This document shows, piece by piece, positions 10,525 to 41,820 of a stretch of 64,000 bases of DNA. This DNA is from Macrostomum lignano (Eukaryota): assembly GCA_002269645.1 (NCBI GenBank), contig NIVC01000200.1, positions 577,638 through 641,637 of the forward strand. The letters run 5' to 3'. The position numbers were made by a program, and so were the translations under genes. The notes under the pieces are model-generated. The model did not search any database, was not told the origin of the DNA, and was given only the letters and a program-made list of their open reading frames with translations. The stretch's first letter is position 1; every line of letters starts with the position of its first letter.

Positions 10525-12288
10525 TTACTTGCTGGCACAGCGCCGATTGAAATTAGCGGCGCGCCGTCTGGTCACCAGCTTCCAGTCGCGCTCTGACGGC
10601 TGCTGAACGTCTCCTGCTGTGTCTGCCGTCCGCTGTTGGCCGGCTGGGAGTGTCTCGCGCGCGTCACCGCCTCCGAAGTTCTGATGCAGGCGTCGCCTTG
10701 ACAGAGCCGCCTGCGCCTGCCGGACCATGCCGGGCCACCAGACTTCCTTCCGCAGCCGGTCGATGGCCTTTCTCCTGCCGAATTGACCCTGGTGGGCCCA
10801 ACTGATGGTCTGCTGCTGAAGCGCTGCGGGTACAACGATCCTGCCGCCCCTGAGCAGCATGCCGTCCCGCACCAGAAGCTCTCGCTTGAGCGAGTGGAAG
10901 CTGCTCGCCTGGGCTGTAGCGCCGAAGCGCCAGTTGCCAGTCGCCAGCCCCTGCATGACGAAGTTCAGAGCCGGGTCCCGAGCAGTGGCCTCGCGGATGC
11001 TGTTGATGGTCGGGCCTTCCGATGCGGACTCGCCGGTGCTGAGCTGCTGCAGCGATACTCTGTCGTGGACTGGTTGCTCGTCATTAAGAGCATCAGTCAG
11101 ACTTGTAGCCTCTCTGGCCGTTGCCCGGGCCTGCGTCTCCAGACTCAGCAGCTGCAGGGATGTAGAGGTTGCACGGCCGAGTACACTGATGCCGCTACCG
11201 GGGACGATGATGAAGCTGGCACGCTGAACCCTCGGGCCCACCGAGACTCGCAGGCTGCAGACTCCCAGAGTGCGCAGAGGTTTTTCTGAGCGATATGGAA
11301 AGATCCTCTTTGTCGTCGGCTGCAGGCCTAAGGGCCCCGGGAGCTTTCGCCAGGCTGCCTCGGTGAGGATGTTACAGTCGGCTCCGCTGTCCACCACCAC
11401 CTGCACTGGAGTCGCTTCTACCAGCACGGTGGCCAGAGCCGCTGTTGCGTTCGTGTCAGAGGCCATCACGGTAAGGCAGAAGACGTCGTCCTCTTCGCCC
11501 GAACTGTCGCTGCCGACTCGCAGTGCTCGCACGTCCTCTGGCCGGGACAAGCAGGCCTTGGCGAGGTGATTCGGCTTGCCGCATCGGTTGCAGGTCTTGC
11601 CTACCGCTGCGCTGCAGCTGCGGTGGCCGAAGTTGCCGCAGCGGATGCACTTTGGCTGCGTGCGATCGGCTGTCTGCGTGGATGTTTTCTGCGGCTGCTC
11701 TGGCGGGCTGGACTCGCGCTTGCGCAGCCGCTGCACGGTCGCTGCGCTGGTCTCCATGAGGCTGGCCTGCGACTCCGCTGCCTCCATGGCCCTGGCCACC
11801 CGGACTGCCTGGCCCAGGTCCACGTTGTCCATGGCCAGCAGCTTCCTGCGGAGCTGCTCGGAGCTGCAGCCGGCGATCAGCTGGTCGCGGATCAGCGAGT
11901 CCCGGAGGCCTTCGAATTTGCAGCAGTCCGCGGTGTCGTTGAGCCGCCGTAGCCAGTCGTCCAGGGACTCCCCGGTCTGCTGGGTGCACAGCCGGAACTG
12001 GTAGCGTGTGAAGGGCAGGTTGAGCTGGCTGGTGAAGTGCTCATTGAGAGCCTGGATTAGCTTGTCGACGTCATCGCCGGTGTCGGCGAGTCCGGCTGCA
12101 ATGGCCTGCAGGTCCTCGCCCGCTGTGTAGAGCAGCAGTTGGCGAAGTCGCTTCTTGTCAGAGATGTCAGCGGCCGCGGCGAACAGCTGGAACTGAGCCA
12201 GCCACTTGCTCCACTTTGTTTGTGCCGCATGGGGCTCCTCGCGCAAGTTCAATGGGGGCGGTGTGGGTAATCCTGCTTGCGACGCCAT
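10525..12288 (-). CDS. Gag-protease-(integrase N-terminal remnant) polyprotein, ~587 aa
   Basis: Gag W-x-x-W...F and QxxGESLDDW...RDQL motifs; CCHC knuckles (CNRCGKPNHLAKAC); aspartic protease VDSGA; then a DALN RNaseH-end-like remnant and HQGQFG...VWWPGM. No YxDD and no DDE. Probable start ATG at 12288. Confidence 0.88.
   Translation of the reverse strand: MASQAGLPTPPPLNLREEPHAAQTKWSKWLAQFQLFAAAADISDKKRLRQLLLYTAGEDLQAIAAGLADTGDDVDKLIQALNEHFTSQLNLPFTRYQFRLCTQQTGESLDDWLRRLNDTADCCKFEGLRDSLIRDQLIAGCSSEQLRRKLLAMDNVDLGQAVRVARAMEAAESQASLMETSAATVQRLRKRESSPPEQPQKTSTQTADRTQPKCIRCGNFGHRSCSAAVGKTCNRCGKPNHLAKACLSRPEDVRALRVGSDSSGEEDDVFCLTVMASDTNATAALATVLVEATPVQVVVDSGADCNILTEAAWRKLPGPLGLQPTTKRIFPYRSEKPLRTLGVCSLRVSVGPRVQRASFIIVPGSGISVLGRATSTSLQLLSLETQARATAREATSLTDALNDEQPVHDRVSLQQLSTGESASEGPTINSIREATARDPALNFVMQGLATGNWRFGATAQASSFHSLKRELLVRDGMLLRGGRIVVPAALQQQTISWAHQGQFGRRKAIDRLRKEVWWPGMVRQAQAALSRRRLHQNFGGGDARETLPAGQQRTADTAGDVQQPSERDWKLVTRRRAANFNRRCASK
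12270..12287 (-). promoter_or_regulatory. Primer-binding site TGGCGTCGCAAGCAGGAT (tRNA-Ser-like 3' end)
   Basis: 18 nt starting with TGG, 1 nt from the LTR. Its complement ATCCTGCTTGCGACG-CCA has a T-stem CCTGC and discriminator G, as in eukaryotic tRNA-Ser. The tRNA identity is inferred. Confidence 0.7.
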
Positions 12289-12481
12289 TGTAGTGCGCTT
12301 GTGTAAGTGCAGAAGTTGGCCTCTCATGGCCGTATATTTAAAGCATATATATAGTAGTGAGCACAACGAGCTAATGAGCACAACGTGCCACTGTTGCGTA
12401 ACAGTGCGAGGGCGTACACGCACGTGGGGGAAGGCTAAAGTGAGAGAGCGGAGGAGAGACCCGCAATAGCAGTGCACTACA
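12289..12481 (-). repeat. 5' LTR of the Gag-PR element (193 bp)
   Basis: Identical to 10104-10296; followed on the minus strand by the PBS. Confidence 0.95.
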
Positions 12482-13165
12482 GCTTGTTTATTTTGTGCAG
12501 TGAACATAGTAATGCTTTATTGCAACATTACAGTCCGCGATAGGCTTAAACATCGACTGCATGGCAATAATCAATATATAAAGCGTTTTTGGTAATCGAA
12601 TTGGTGTCAGTTGCTATTGGATACTATACAAATAGCTAGATGGACACGATCGAGTCATGCAAACTGCAGCAATAGACGCTGTGGTGATCCGCGAGTGGGT
12701 TAATATTTAAGTAGCAAGATAATTAATCCAGTTTAGCAAACAGCAGATTCGCCCACGCTAATGTCCTGGACTGACATACGATCTAACCGTGCAGCTAATC
12801 TATATAACTAAAATTCACTACTTCGTATGCATCTTCTAATGTAATCTAATATAATTGGAGATTGTGCACGAAAATTAATCATTAAGGCTTTGTCAGGTGA
12901 TTCACTCCCGTAAGAGCAATTGGGACAAAGAGTTTAGACACTGCCTGTAACATTTCAACAGTCGAGTCAAGGCGTGTACGCCCTACATGTACGTGCGTGT
13001 TCGTGCCCAGGGGCAGTGGGGCACCCTGGCGCAACGCCTTCGGCGACTTTCTAATCCTCGGGCATGCGCACTCTCTGTGCCTTAGGGATTGGTCCTCATT
13101 CGTGTGAATCGCAGAGACACCCCCCTGAGCCTTAAAAGCTGACCAACGCCTTGCCCCATTTGCAG

Positions 13166-34164
<20,999 letters not shown>

Positions 34165-34166
<2 letters not shown>

Positions 34167-34560
34167 CCTCTGCTTGACCTCTGTTTGACCTTGGTGTAAA
34201 ATCTGCTTGACCTTGATGTGAACTCTACTTGAATTTGGAATGAACTCTTCTTGACCTTGAAGTGAACTCTGCTTGACCTTGATGTGAACTCTGCTTGACC
34301 TTGAAGTGAACTCTGCTTGACCTTGATGTGAACTCTGCTTGACCTTGATGCGAACTCTGCTTAACCTTGATGTGAACTCTGCTTGACCTTGATGTGAATC
34401 CTGCTTAACCTTGATGTGAACTCTGCTTGACCTTGATGCGAACTCTGCTTAACCTTGATGTGAACTCTGCTTGACCTTGATGTGAATCCTGCTTAACCTT
34501 GATGTGAACTCTGCTTGAACTTGACTTCGATTTGACATCTGTTTGACCTTGATGTGACCT
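34165..34560. repeat. 22-bp minisatellite (GAACTCTGCTTGACCTTGATGT) starting at the aGPCR stop codon (putative 3' UTR)
   Basis: Period confirmed at 34264 and 34286; degenerate ends. Confidence 0.9.
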
Positions 34561-35066
34561 TGTTTGTGCCCTATTTTTTTACCCCCGTGTGTAAGGCAAC
34601 TAAGCAATGTGAGGTCTATTAGACAGTCTGATCTGGTATGACCTTATAATATTTATGACCTTTTTTGACAATCGTGGTACACTGCTTACACCAGTTAAGA
34701 GGCTCTTCGCCCATATGCTTCAGCATCACTTTAGAAGGCAAACATGGAATATTATTGTCTTAATGTTGCTTGATAATCTAGATCAATTTCCTAGACTTTT
34801 GTAGACTTTTGTAGTTAAGACATTATTATTTGCTTGTAACAATCGCCCAATCTAGTCATCAATCAATATTTAAAAATAAAATGATTTGCACAAACTCTTA
34901 AAGTAGCAATGCACCCTGACAGTCACTTGCACATGCCGATCAGAGTCACATTGTAGCAATCGAACTTTGCTAGTGCACCTGCAACTTCACTTCCAAAATA
35001 TAAATCATTTGACGACTAAAGTTCAAAGTGCGGCTTCTGTGAACGTTTTTTTCTACTAAATATTTT

Positions 35067-36086
35067 CAGTCAGTCAGTCAGTCAGTCAGTCAGTCAGGCA
35101 GGCAGTCAGTCAGTCAGTCAGTCAGTCAGGCAGGCAGTCAGTCAGTCAGTTAGTCAGTCAGTCAGTCAGGCAGGCAGTCAGTTAGTCAGTCAGTCAGTCA
35201 GGCAGGCAGTCAGTCAGTCAGTCAGTCAGTCAGGCAGGCAGTCAGTCAGTCAGTCAGTCAGTCAGTCAGTCAGTCAGGCAGGCAGGCAGTCAGTCAGTCA
35301 GTCAGTCAGGCAGGCAGTCAGTCAGTCAGTCAGTCAGTCAGGCAGGCAGTCAGTCAGTCAGTCAGTCAGTCAGTCTGCCAGTCAGGCAGTCAGTCAGTCA
35401 GTCAGTCAGTCAGTCAGTCTGCCAGTCAGGCAGTCAGTCAGTCAGGCAGTCAGTCAGTCAGGCAGTCAGTCAGTCAGTCAGGCAGTCAGTCAGTCAGTCA
35501 GGCAGTCAGTCAGTCAGTCTGCCAGTCAGGCAGTCAGTCAGTCAGTCAGTCAGTCAGTCAGTCTGCCAGTCAGGCAGTCAGTCAGTCAGGCAGTCAGTCA
35601 GTCAGGCAGTCAGTCAGTCAGTCAGGCAGTCAGTCAGTCAGTCAGGCAGGCAGTCAGTCAGTCAGGCAGTCAGTCAGTCAGGCAGTCAGTCAGTCAGTCA
35701 GGCAGTCAGTCAGTCAGTCAGGCAGTCAGTCAGTCAGTCTGCCAGTCAGGCAGTCAGTCAGTCAGTCAGTCAGTCAGTCTGCCAGTCAGGCAGTCAGTCA
35801 GTCAGGCAGTCAGTCAGTCAGGCAGTCAGTCAGTCAGTCAGGCAGGCAGTCAGTCAGTCAGTCAGGCAGGCAGTCAGTCAGTCAGGCAGTCAGTCAGTCA
35901 GGCAGTCAGTCAGTCAGTCAGGCAGGCAGTCAGTCAGTCAGGCAGTCAGTCAGTCAGTCAGTCAGGCAGTCAGTCAGTCAGGCAGTCAGTCAGTCAGTCA
36001 GCCAGTCAGTCACTCAGTCAGTCAGTCAGGCAGTCAGTCAGTCAGTCAGGCAGGCAGTCAGTCAGTCAGGCAGTCAGTCAGTCAGT
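35067..36086. repeat. (CAGT)n/(CAGG) microsatellite, ~1 kb
   Basis: Direct reading. Confidence 0.97.
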
Positions 36087-36405
36087 AAAAATGAACCATG
36101 AAAGTTAGTGAGTCGGTTAGTTAGCGCATATTTCAGGTCAGAGAAACTTTACTTTGCATGCTCAGGCTAAGACACAAATATGAATGAAAACAAACCTAAA
36201 AACTTTTCCGCATAGCAGACTCGGGAAAAAGTGGAAAAAGCGGTCACTCCTGCAAGAAATGATTCTGGAGAAAAAGAAGACCTAACATCTTGTACGCGGC
36301 CTTACGGCTGAGCCAATAAAAAGTGGTACATGACTATCCTTAACCCAGTACCTTTAAATCTGCAGGGAACTCATCTATTACCATCTCTATTGGGTTAGTT
36401 GCAGT

Positions 36406-38966
36406 CTACAATCCCGGAACATTATTGTCCAACTGCTGGCCTCTCTTGAACTGCCCAAAGCGCCTCTGCTCAGCGCGGCTAGCAGTTCTCTTCGGCCCCT
36501 GCGGTCGTCGGGCGGTTGTCAAGGCGTTCTCCAGGTCGAAGCGGAGAACCTCATCGTCTGCTCCTGCTGAACCGCCGCTGAAGCTCTGAGAATGCCGCAG
36601 TCGGGTCTGCAGCAGCTGTCCCAAGGCTGTGCCCACGAACTCCGGCTTCACCGTGGCGTTGTCCTCGTCGATGCGATGCTGACCGACCTCGTCAGATTCA
36701 GCAGCCTGCGTCAATGGCGTCGAGTACGCTGACAGGCCACGACAGGGTTCGTCCAGCGGCTGACGATGTCCCTGCAGTGAGCTGACCGACAGTCGACGGC
36801 GCTGCCGAGGCACAGGAGGAGACTGCGGCGGCGGCAGACAGCGAAGCGTCGAGGCGGCGGCCGGTGCCGGGCCCCCCATTCGACGCTGTCGGGGCGTCGG
36901 TGTCGGGACGGGAGAACGCGGCTGAGTTAGCGGCGGCTGAGGCGGGCGGGAGGCGGATCCGGGCGGCTGACCGACGGCTGCGTTGCAATTGCGGAGCTTC
37001 ATCTGCTGGCTACCTGCTGGGGCAGTTCAGCGAACCGTCTCAATAATCATGTACTTTTACCTCTTTCATGTTCAGAGACATGCTTTATGTTCAGAGACAT
37101 GCTTCATGTTCACAGACATGCTTCATGTTCAGAGAATATGCTTCATGTTCACAGACATGCTTCATGTTCAGAGACATGCTTCATGTTCAGAGACATGCTC
37201 CATGTTCAGAGACACGCTTCATGTTCAGAGACATTTTTTTTTAGAGGCAGGGGGGTTGTGTGCACCCTGGCGCACTTTTAGGCGACATAGGCACACAACC
37301 GGCGAGAGGCATTGCTGCCCATTCCGCCGACTCCCCTGAGCAGGCATACAAGCGCGCGGATACGTTACGCAGGCACACACTCACACAGGAGTGTACAGCG
37401 GCCCTAACTTTATCAATTGTTAGGCATGTACACTTCACTGCGCCTTGGGGGGTTGGCTCTCAAGGCCGTTAATTGCACAAGCGAGCCAAGCCGAAATTCC
37501 AATTCAGCCCCAAATTAATGTGGCTGCACTTGGAATCGAGCCTGGGTCGCTGGCACACCAGAGCAGCTGCGCTACCGCTGGGCTACGGCCCCCGTTCAGA
37601 GACATGCTTCATGTTCAGAGACATGCTTCATGTTCAGAGACATGCTTCATGTTCAGAGACATGCTTCATGTTCAGAGACATGCTTCATGTTCAGAGACAT
37701 GCTTCACGTTCAGAGACATGCTTCATGTTCAGAGACATGCTTCATGTTCAGAGACATGCTTCATGTTCAGAGACATGCTTCATGTTCAGAGACATGCTTC
37801 ATGTTCAGAGACATGCTTCATGTTCAGAGAAATGCTTCAGCATAAACACTGATGCATTGAGGTTGGTGACAAAAATTACCAGACGGAGCGGGCTGGGCTC
37901 TCTGACGGTTCAAGGACGCGGATCGGCGGTCAGTTCGAGGCTTCGGCACGGGCGGCTTGGCAGTCAGGAACACCGCCGTCTCCGCCTCGGGCTCCGCGGC
38001 TGTCTCTTCCTCTGAGAAGTCCGTCAGCAGCAGCTGGTTGCGCATCGTCGGTCGCGGGGTCGCAGCGGTGGCAGGCTGCGGCAGCTTCTGCTGGCAGCTC
38101 GCGGTGTTGCTGGGCGAGTCCAAACTGAAGTGGACGGACTTCCCGCCGGAACCGCCGCCGCCGCTCCAGGCCTGCAGGAGGTCTTCAGCCAGACCCGCAG
38201 TCGAAGCCGCCGAAGTCTTCGGTCCTGGTCTCGGCTGGTGCTGCTGCGGCAGACTCGACCAGCAGTCGGCAGCCTTGGAGCTGCCGTCACCCAGTTTGCT
38301 GTTGGGCCGGCAGTGAAGCTGGATGGCTTGAGCCAGCAGCTGCTCGACCTCCTCGCGAGTGCCGTAGAAACCGCTGTGCATCAGCATGGAGACGTCCAGC
38401 TGCTCGGCCCGCTGCTGCTGCTGCTGCTGCTTCTGGTGCTGCTGCAGGATGGCGGACGCGCTGACGTCTTGGAGAGCGGCGCTGCAGCCAGCCGACTGCA
38501 GGTGACTTCCGCCACCGCCTCCGAACAGCTGGAGACCCGGCCCGGATGCGGATGTGAGGGCGGTGCCGCCGCAGGAGAGCGAATTCTGCAGCTGCTGGTG
38601 CTGCGGCTCCTCTGCACAGAACAAGTCCTCGTCCGCCATCTGACGAAGCTGAAAATCCAACTTAGGGTTCTCCATGTCCAGAAGGCACTGCTGCTCCCTT
38701 TGAGACTGTTGTTGCTGCTGCTGCACCGACGACTCTCTGAGTCCTGCAGATCCAGCAAATTTAGCAACTGCAGCTCGACGCTTCAGCAGGTAGCCGCGGT
38801 GTCGACTGGCTCCGACTCCGCTGCCGTAGCCCTTCTTTGTTAGGGAAGACACCCGTACCGCAGTCTTTGTCCTGTCCGCTGCGACTGCGCTGCGAAAGGT
38901 GCCGGTATCTGAAGTGCGTTCAACCATGGCTAGCTTTGAGTTTTCAATGACTGCAACTGAGCTCAA
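36406..38966 (-). CDS. Low-complexity Q/S/A-rich, probably disordered protein; exons 37880-~38950 and 36406-37013; 5' end uncertain
   Basis: Two GC-rich ORFs joined in phase 1 by a GT-AG intron (donor 37879, acceptor 37014), reading ...PAPSG-SQQMKLRNC... The track start at 38966 is TTG, so the real start is either ATG 38928 or an upstream exon. No recognisable globular domain. Confidence 0.7.
37063..37835. repeat. Intronic 19-bp minisatellite (TTCATGTTCAGAGACATGC), split by a SINE
   Basis: Arrays at 37063-37233 and 37594-37835. Confidence 0.93.
37234..37593 (-). mobile_element. tRNA-derived SINE, 360 bp
   Basis: Minus strand begins GGGGGCCGTAGCCCAGCGG (A box) ... GGCTCGATTCC (B box) and ends in A9; flanked by GTTCAGAGACA on both sides; central segment recurs at ~51055-51156. 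Confidence 0.85.
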
Positions 38967-39115
38967 TGCAGCTGTATGGACTCAATGTTCAGCTGGTAAA
39001 AAGGAAGCCAATTTATGGGAATTCCTGATTAAATATCTATGGTTTTCTAGACTAGTCTAATATGCAAAAACTCGGGGCGCTTGTCTCTGCTCACAAAGAC
39101 TGCAAGGGTCGCACA

Positions 39116-39386
39116 TCTATGAGACAGTGGTGTCATCTATGAGACAGTGGCGTCCGTCTATGAGACAGTCAGTCAGTCAGACAGTCAGTCAGTCAGACAA
39201 TCAGTCACTATGAGACAGTGGCATCCATCTATGAGACAGTGGCGTCCATCTTTGAGACAGTGGCGTCCGTCTATGAGACAGTGGCGTCCGTCTATGAGAC
39301 AGTGGCGTCCGTCTATGAGACAGTGGCGTCCATCTATGAGACAGTGGCCTCTATCTATGAGACAGTGGCGTCCATCTATGAGACAG
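39116..39386. repeat. 21-bp minisatellite (CTATGAGACAGTGGCGTCCAT) with a short (CAGT)n insert
   Basis: About 11 units. Confidence 0.92.
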
Positions 39387-39889
39387 GGGCGCCCACAAAA
39401 TACACCAATACCGCTAAAAATTTCTGTCTCCAATTACACCAAACAAAGTGTCTCAATTTAAATAAAATTAACTATTAAAAGCATCGCGATATAACAGTTC
39501 ATGAAAATGTTCAATCCTGAAACAGTTTGCTTTAGTGCTGCTTGTTTTACGAGATACTCGTATATTATAATAAAAATTGAATGCATTCACAACCAAATGT
39601 TGAACGGACAAGCAATAAACAGCAAAGCGGTAGCGGTAAGGTAGGAGAATTCAAAAACATTTCGATGCCTTTTAGGGTGAAGAAAAATGCTTAAATTCTT
39701 CTCGATCTTCTACTAAAAGTAGTCGGTCAGTATTTTCTACAGAATAATTGAACTATTAATTTAATCATCGAATAAAATTAATTTGAAAATCGTAGCTTCT
39801 TCTATCTCTTAATTCTACCTGGTGGAATTAAGCCGGTTTTTGTATCGGGACTCGGGAGGCAAACCTTGGTGGGGCGTCTCTTTAGTTGG

Positions 39890-40565
39890 AGCCTCTGTCT
39901 CTTTAGTTGGAGCCCGTGTCTCTTTAGTCGGAGCCTCTGTCTCTTGGTGGGCACTCCTGTCTCTTGGTGGGCACTCCTGTCTCTTGGTGAGCGCCCCTGT
40001 CTCTTGGTGGGCGCTCCTGTCTCTTGGTGGGCGCCCCTGTCTCTTGGTGGGCACTCCTGTCTCTTGGTGGGCGCCCCTGTCTCTTGGTGGGCGCCCCTGT
40101 CTCTTGGTGAGCGCCCCTGTCTCTTGGTGGGCACTCCTGTCTCTTGGTGGGCACTCCTGTCTCTTGGTGGGCGCCCCTGTCTCTTGGTGGGCGCCCCTGT
40201 CTCTTGGTGAGCGCCCCTGTCTCTTGGTGGGCGCCCCTGTCTCTTGGTGGGCGCCCCTGTCTCTTGGTGGGCGCCCCTGTCTCTTGGTGGGCGCTCCTGT
40301 CTCTTGGTGAGCGCCCCTGTCTCTTGGTGGGCGCTCCTGTCTCTTGGTGAGCGCCCCTGTCTCTTGGTGGGCGCCCCTGTCTCTTGGTGGGCGCTCCTGT
40401 CTCTTGGTGAGCGCCCCTGTCTCTTGGTGGGCGCCCCTGTCTCTTGGTGGGCGCCCCTGTCTCGGGGGGTCTCCCTGCCCCTGTCTCTTGGTGGGCGCCC
40501 CTGTCTCTTGGTGGGCGCCCCTGTCTCTTGGTGGGCGCCCCTGTCTCGGGGGGTCTCCCTGCCCC
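39890..40565. repeat. 20-bp minisatellite (GTCTCTTGGTGGGCGCCCCT)
   Basis: About 32 units; source of several overlapping spurious ORFs. Confidence 0.95.
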
Positions 40566-41257
40566 TGGTTCATAGGCCGGATGGGATGCCTCGTCCAAGA
40601 GGTTATCAAAAGTTGAGCTCCTGTGATTCGTCAAGCTTGATTTCCTCTTTGATTTTGTTTTTGTGGTGGCGATATCGGGGTGGGACGTAAATACCCCTGC
40701 GTATGCCACTACATTCGATCAAAATGGTTTCGGTTTGACAATTTTACATGTTTGTTTGGCACGAGGTAAATGTAGTAAAAGAGATGACGCAGCATGGATT
40801 CTGGGCCTTCCTGACTGACCAGACCAAACGCGAATTCATTTCTTTCTTTCTTTCTTTCGTTTTTTCTTTCTTCCATTCTTGAGCACGCAGCCATAGAATG
40901 AAGCACTAAGGACGGCTTCCATTTTGTTAACCTCCAACCCTTTCTCACTCTTCTAGCCTCTCTCTCTCTCTATCTCTCTCTCTCGTTCTAGGCTCCAACT
41001 AGTTGAAGCAATATGACAGCCAGTTGCATTGCTATTGTGCGTCCCGACTCCCTCCCCCCCCTTGCGAGTGCACACGCGGTCAGTATAGTTGGGGTGGCTG
41101 GTTGGAGCCTTTGAAGACAAACAGCTAATAATACTTGTATGTATGCTCTGCTCGGCAGCTGGGTTAGAGAGCTAAACAGCAAAAACAGAAAAAAAGCAAA
41201 ATTAAACCGGCTTGAAACTCGGCACGATTGAAACTTCTACAGCAGCATTTGCAAAAG

Positions 41258-41820
41258 ATGCAGAATCGATTTTCATCAATTATACTCCTACTATTGGCAT
41301 TGGCATCAACAACTGGAGTGCTAGGCCTCAGCTGCTACATCTGCAACAGTCTGGTTGACAAGAACTGCGAAGTGGACCCATCGGCTGACTACAAGGTGAA
41401 TTGTTCAGTCGGCAGAACCGTTGGGCCGGACAGAATTGCGGTGCCCAATGCTCAAGTCTGCTGGAAGCAGTCGCAGGACAGTGAGTTATTAATATGTGTT
41501 AATTAATCCCTATTTTATATAATACGTGCATACGTGATGTAAATTACAGTAGTAGTATAGTTAGAATATTTCGCATTTATTTAAACTATTGTTTCATTCC
41601 AGTCGAAGGCCTGACTATCGTTGACCGAACCTGCGGATCTGCGGTTGAGAACAAAAATAACTGCTACGATCGGGTTGGCACTAAGAAGATCAAGATCAAG
41701 TACTGCTCATGCAGTACGCAGGATTGCAACTCGGCCAACAACGGATTCGACAGCTCGGCTCGGCTGATGACAGCGGCCGTTGCTGCTGTCGCTGTTGTTT
41801 TCAAATTTTCTAGCTTATAA
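41258..41820 (+). CDS. Ly6/uPAR three-finger protein, quiver/sleepless-like, predicted GPI-anchored (146 aa; exons 41258-41480 and 41603-41820)
   Basis: Signal peptide; LSCYICNS start; 10 Cys; CSCSTQDCN end; hydrophobic C-terminal tail; phase-1 GT-AG intron. Confidence 0.9.

Larger units (their letters stand above)
10104..12481 (-). mobile_element. Non-autonomous Ty3/Gypsy-type (Mag/K02A2.6-like) LTR retroelement, 2378 bp, Gag-protease only
   Basis: Two 193-bp LTRs, identical by eye, ending TGTAGTGC...GCACTACA; 5-bp TSD GCTTG (10099-10103 and 12482-12486); PBS next to the 5' LTR; PPT GGTTGGGGGAGAGA next to the 3' LTR; single ORF without RT or integrase core. Confidence 0.95.

Noticed and set aside
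10572-12469. Numerous antisense and alternative-frame ORFs over GC-rich coding regions (also within both BELs, the Q-rich gene and the TRPV-like copies)
   Set aside because: Shadow ORFs caused by codon bias of the true frame.
12289-12507. N-terminal 73-aa extension of the Gag ORF through the whole 5' LTR
   Set aside because: It starts outside the element at a non-ATG codon; transcription should start inside the LTR, so the open frame is probably incidental.
12640-12992. Possible further 5' aGPCR exons (12640-12694 and 12962-12992)
   Set aside because: Phase-compatible and Cys-containing, but they have weak acceptors and no recognisable domain; not supportable without transcript data.
37521-37593. 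Functional tRNA gene
   Set aside because: A and B boxes are present, but the acceptor and anticodon stems do not pair, and it continues into a body and poly-A tail, so it is a SINE head.
38780-38810. GYLLKRR as the start of a PH domain
   Set aside because: The following sequence is low-complexity with no beta-strand pattern or C-terminal Trp helix.
39802-40709. RDRGAHQETG-type and VSWWAPL-type ORFs
   Set aside because: Translations of the 20-bp minisatellite in several frames.
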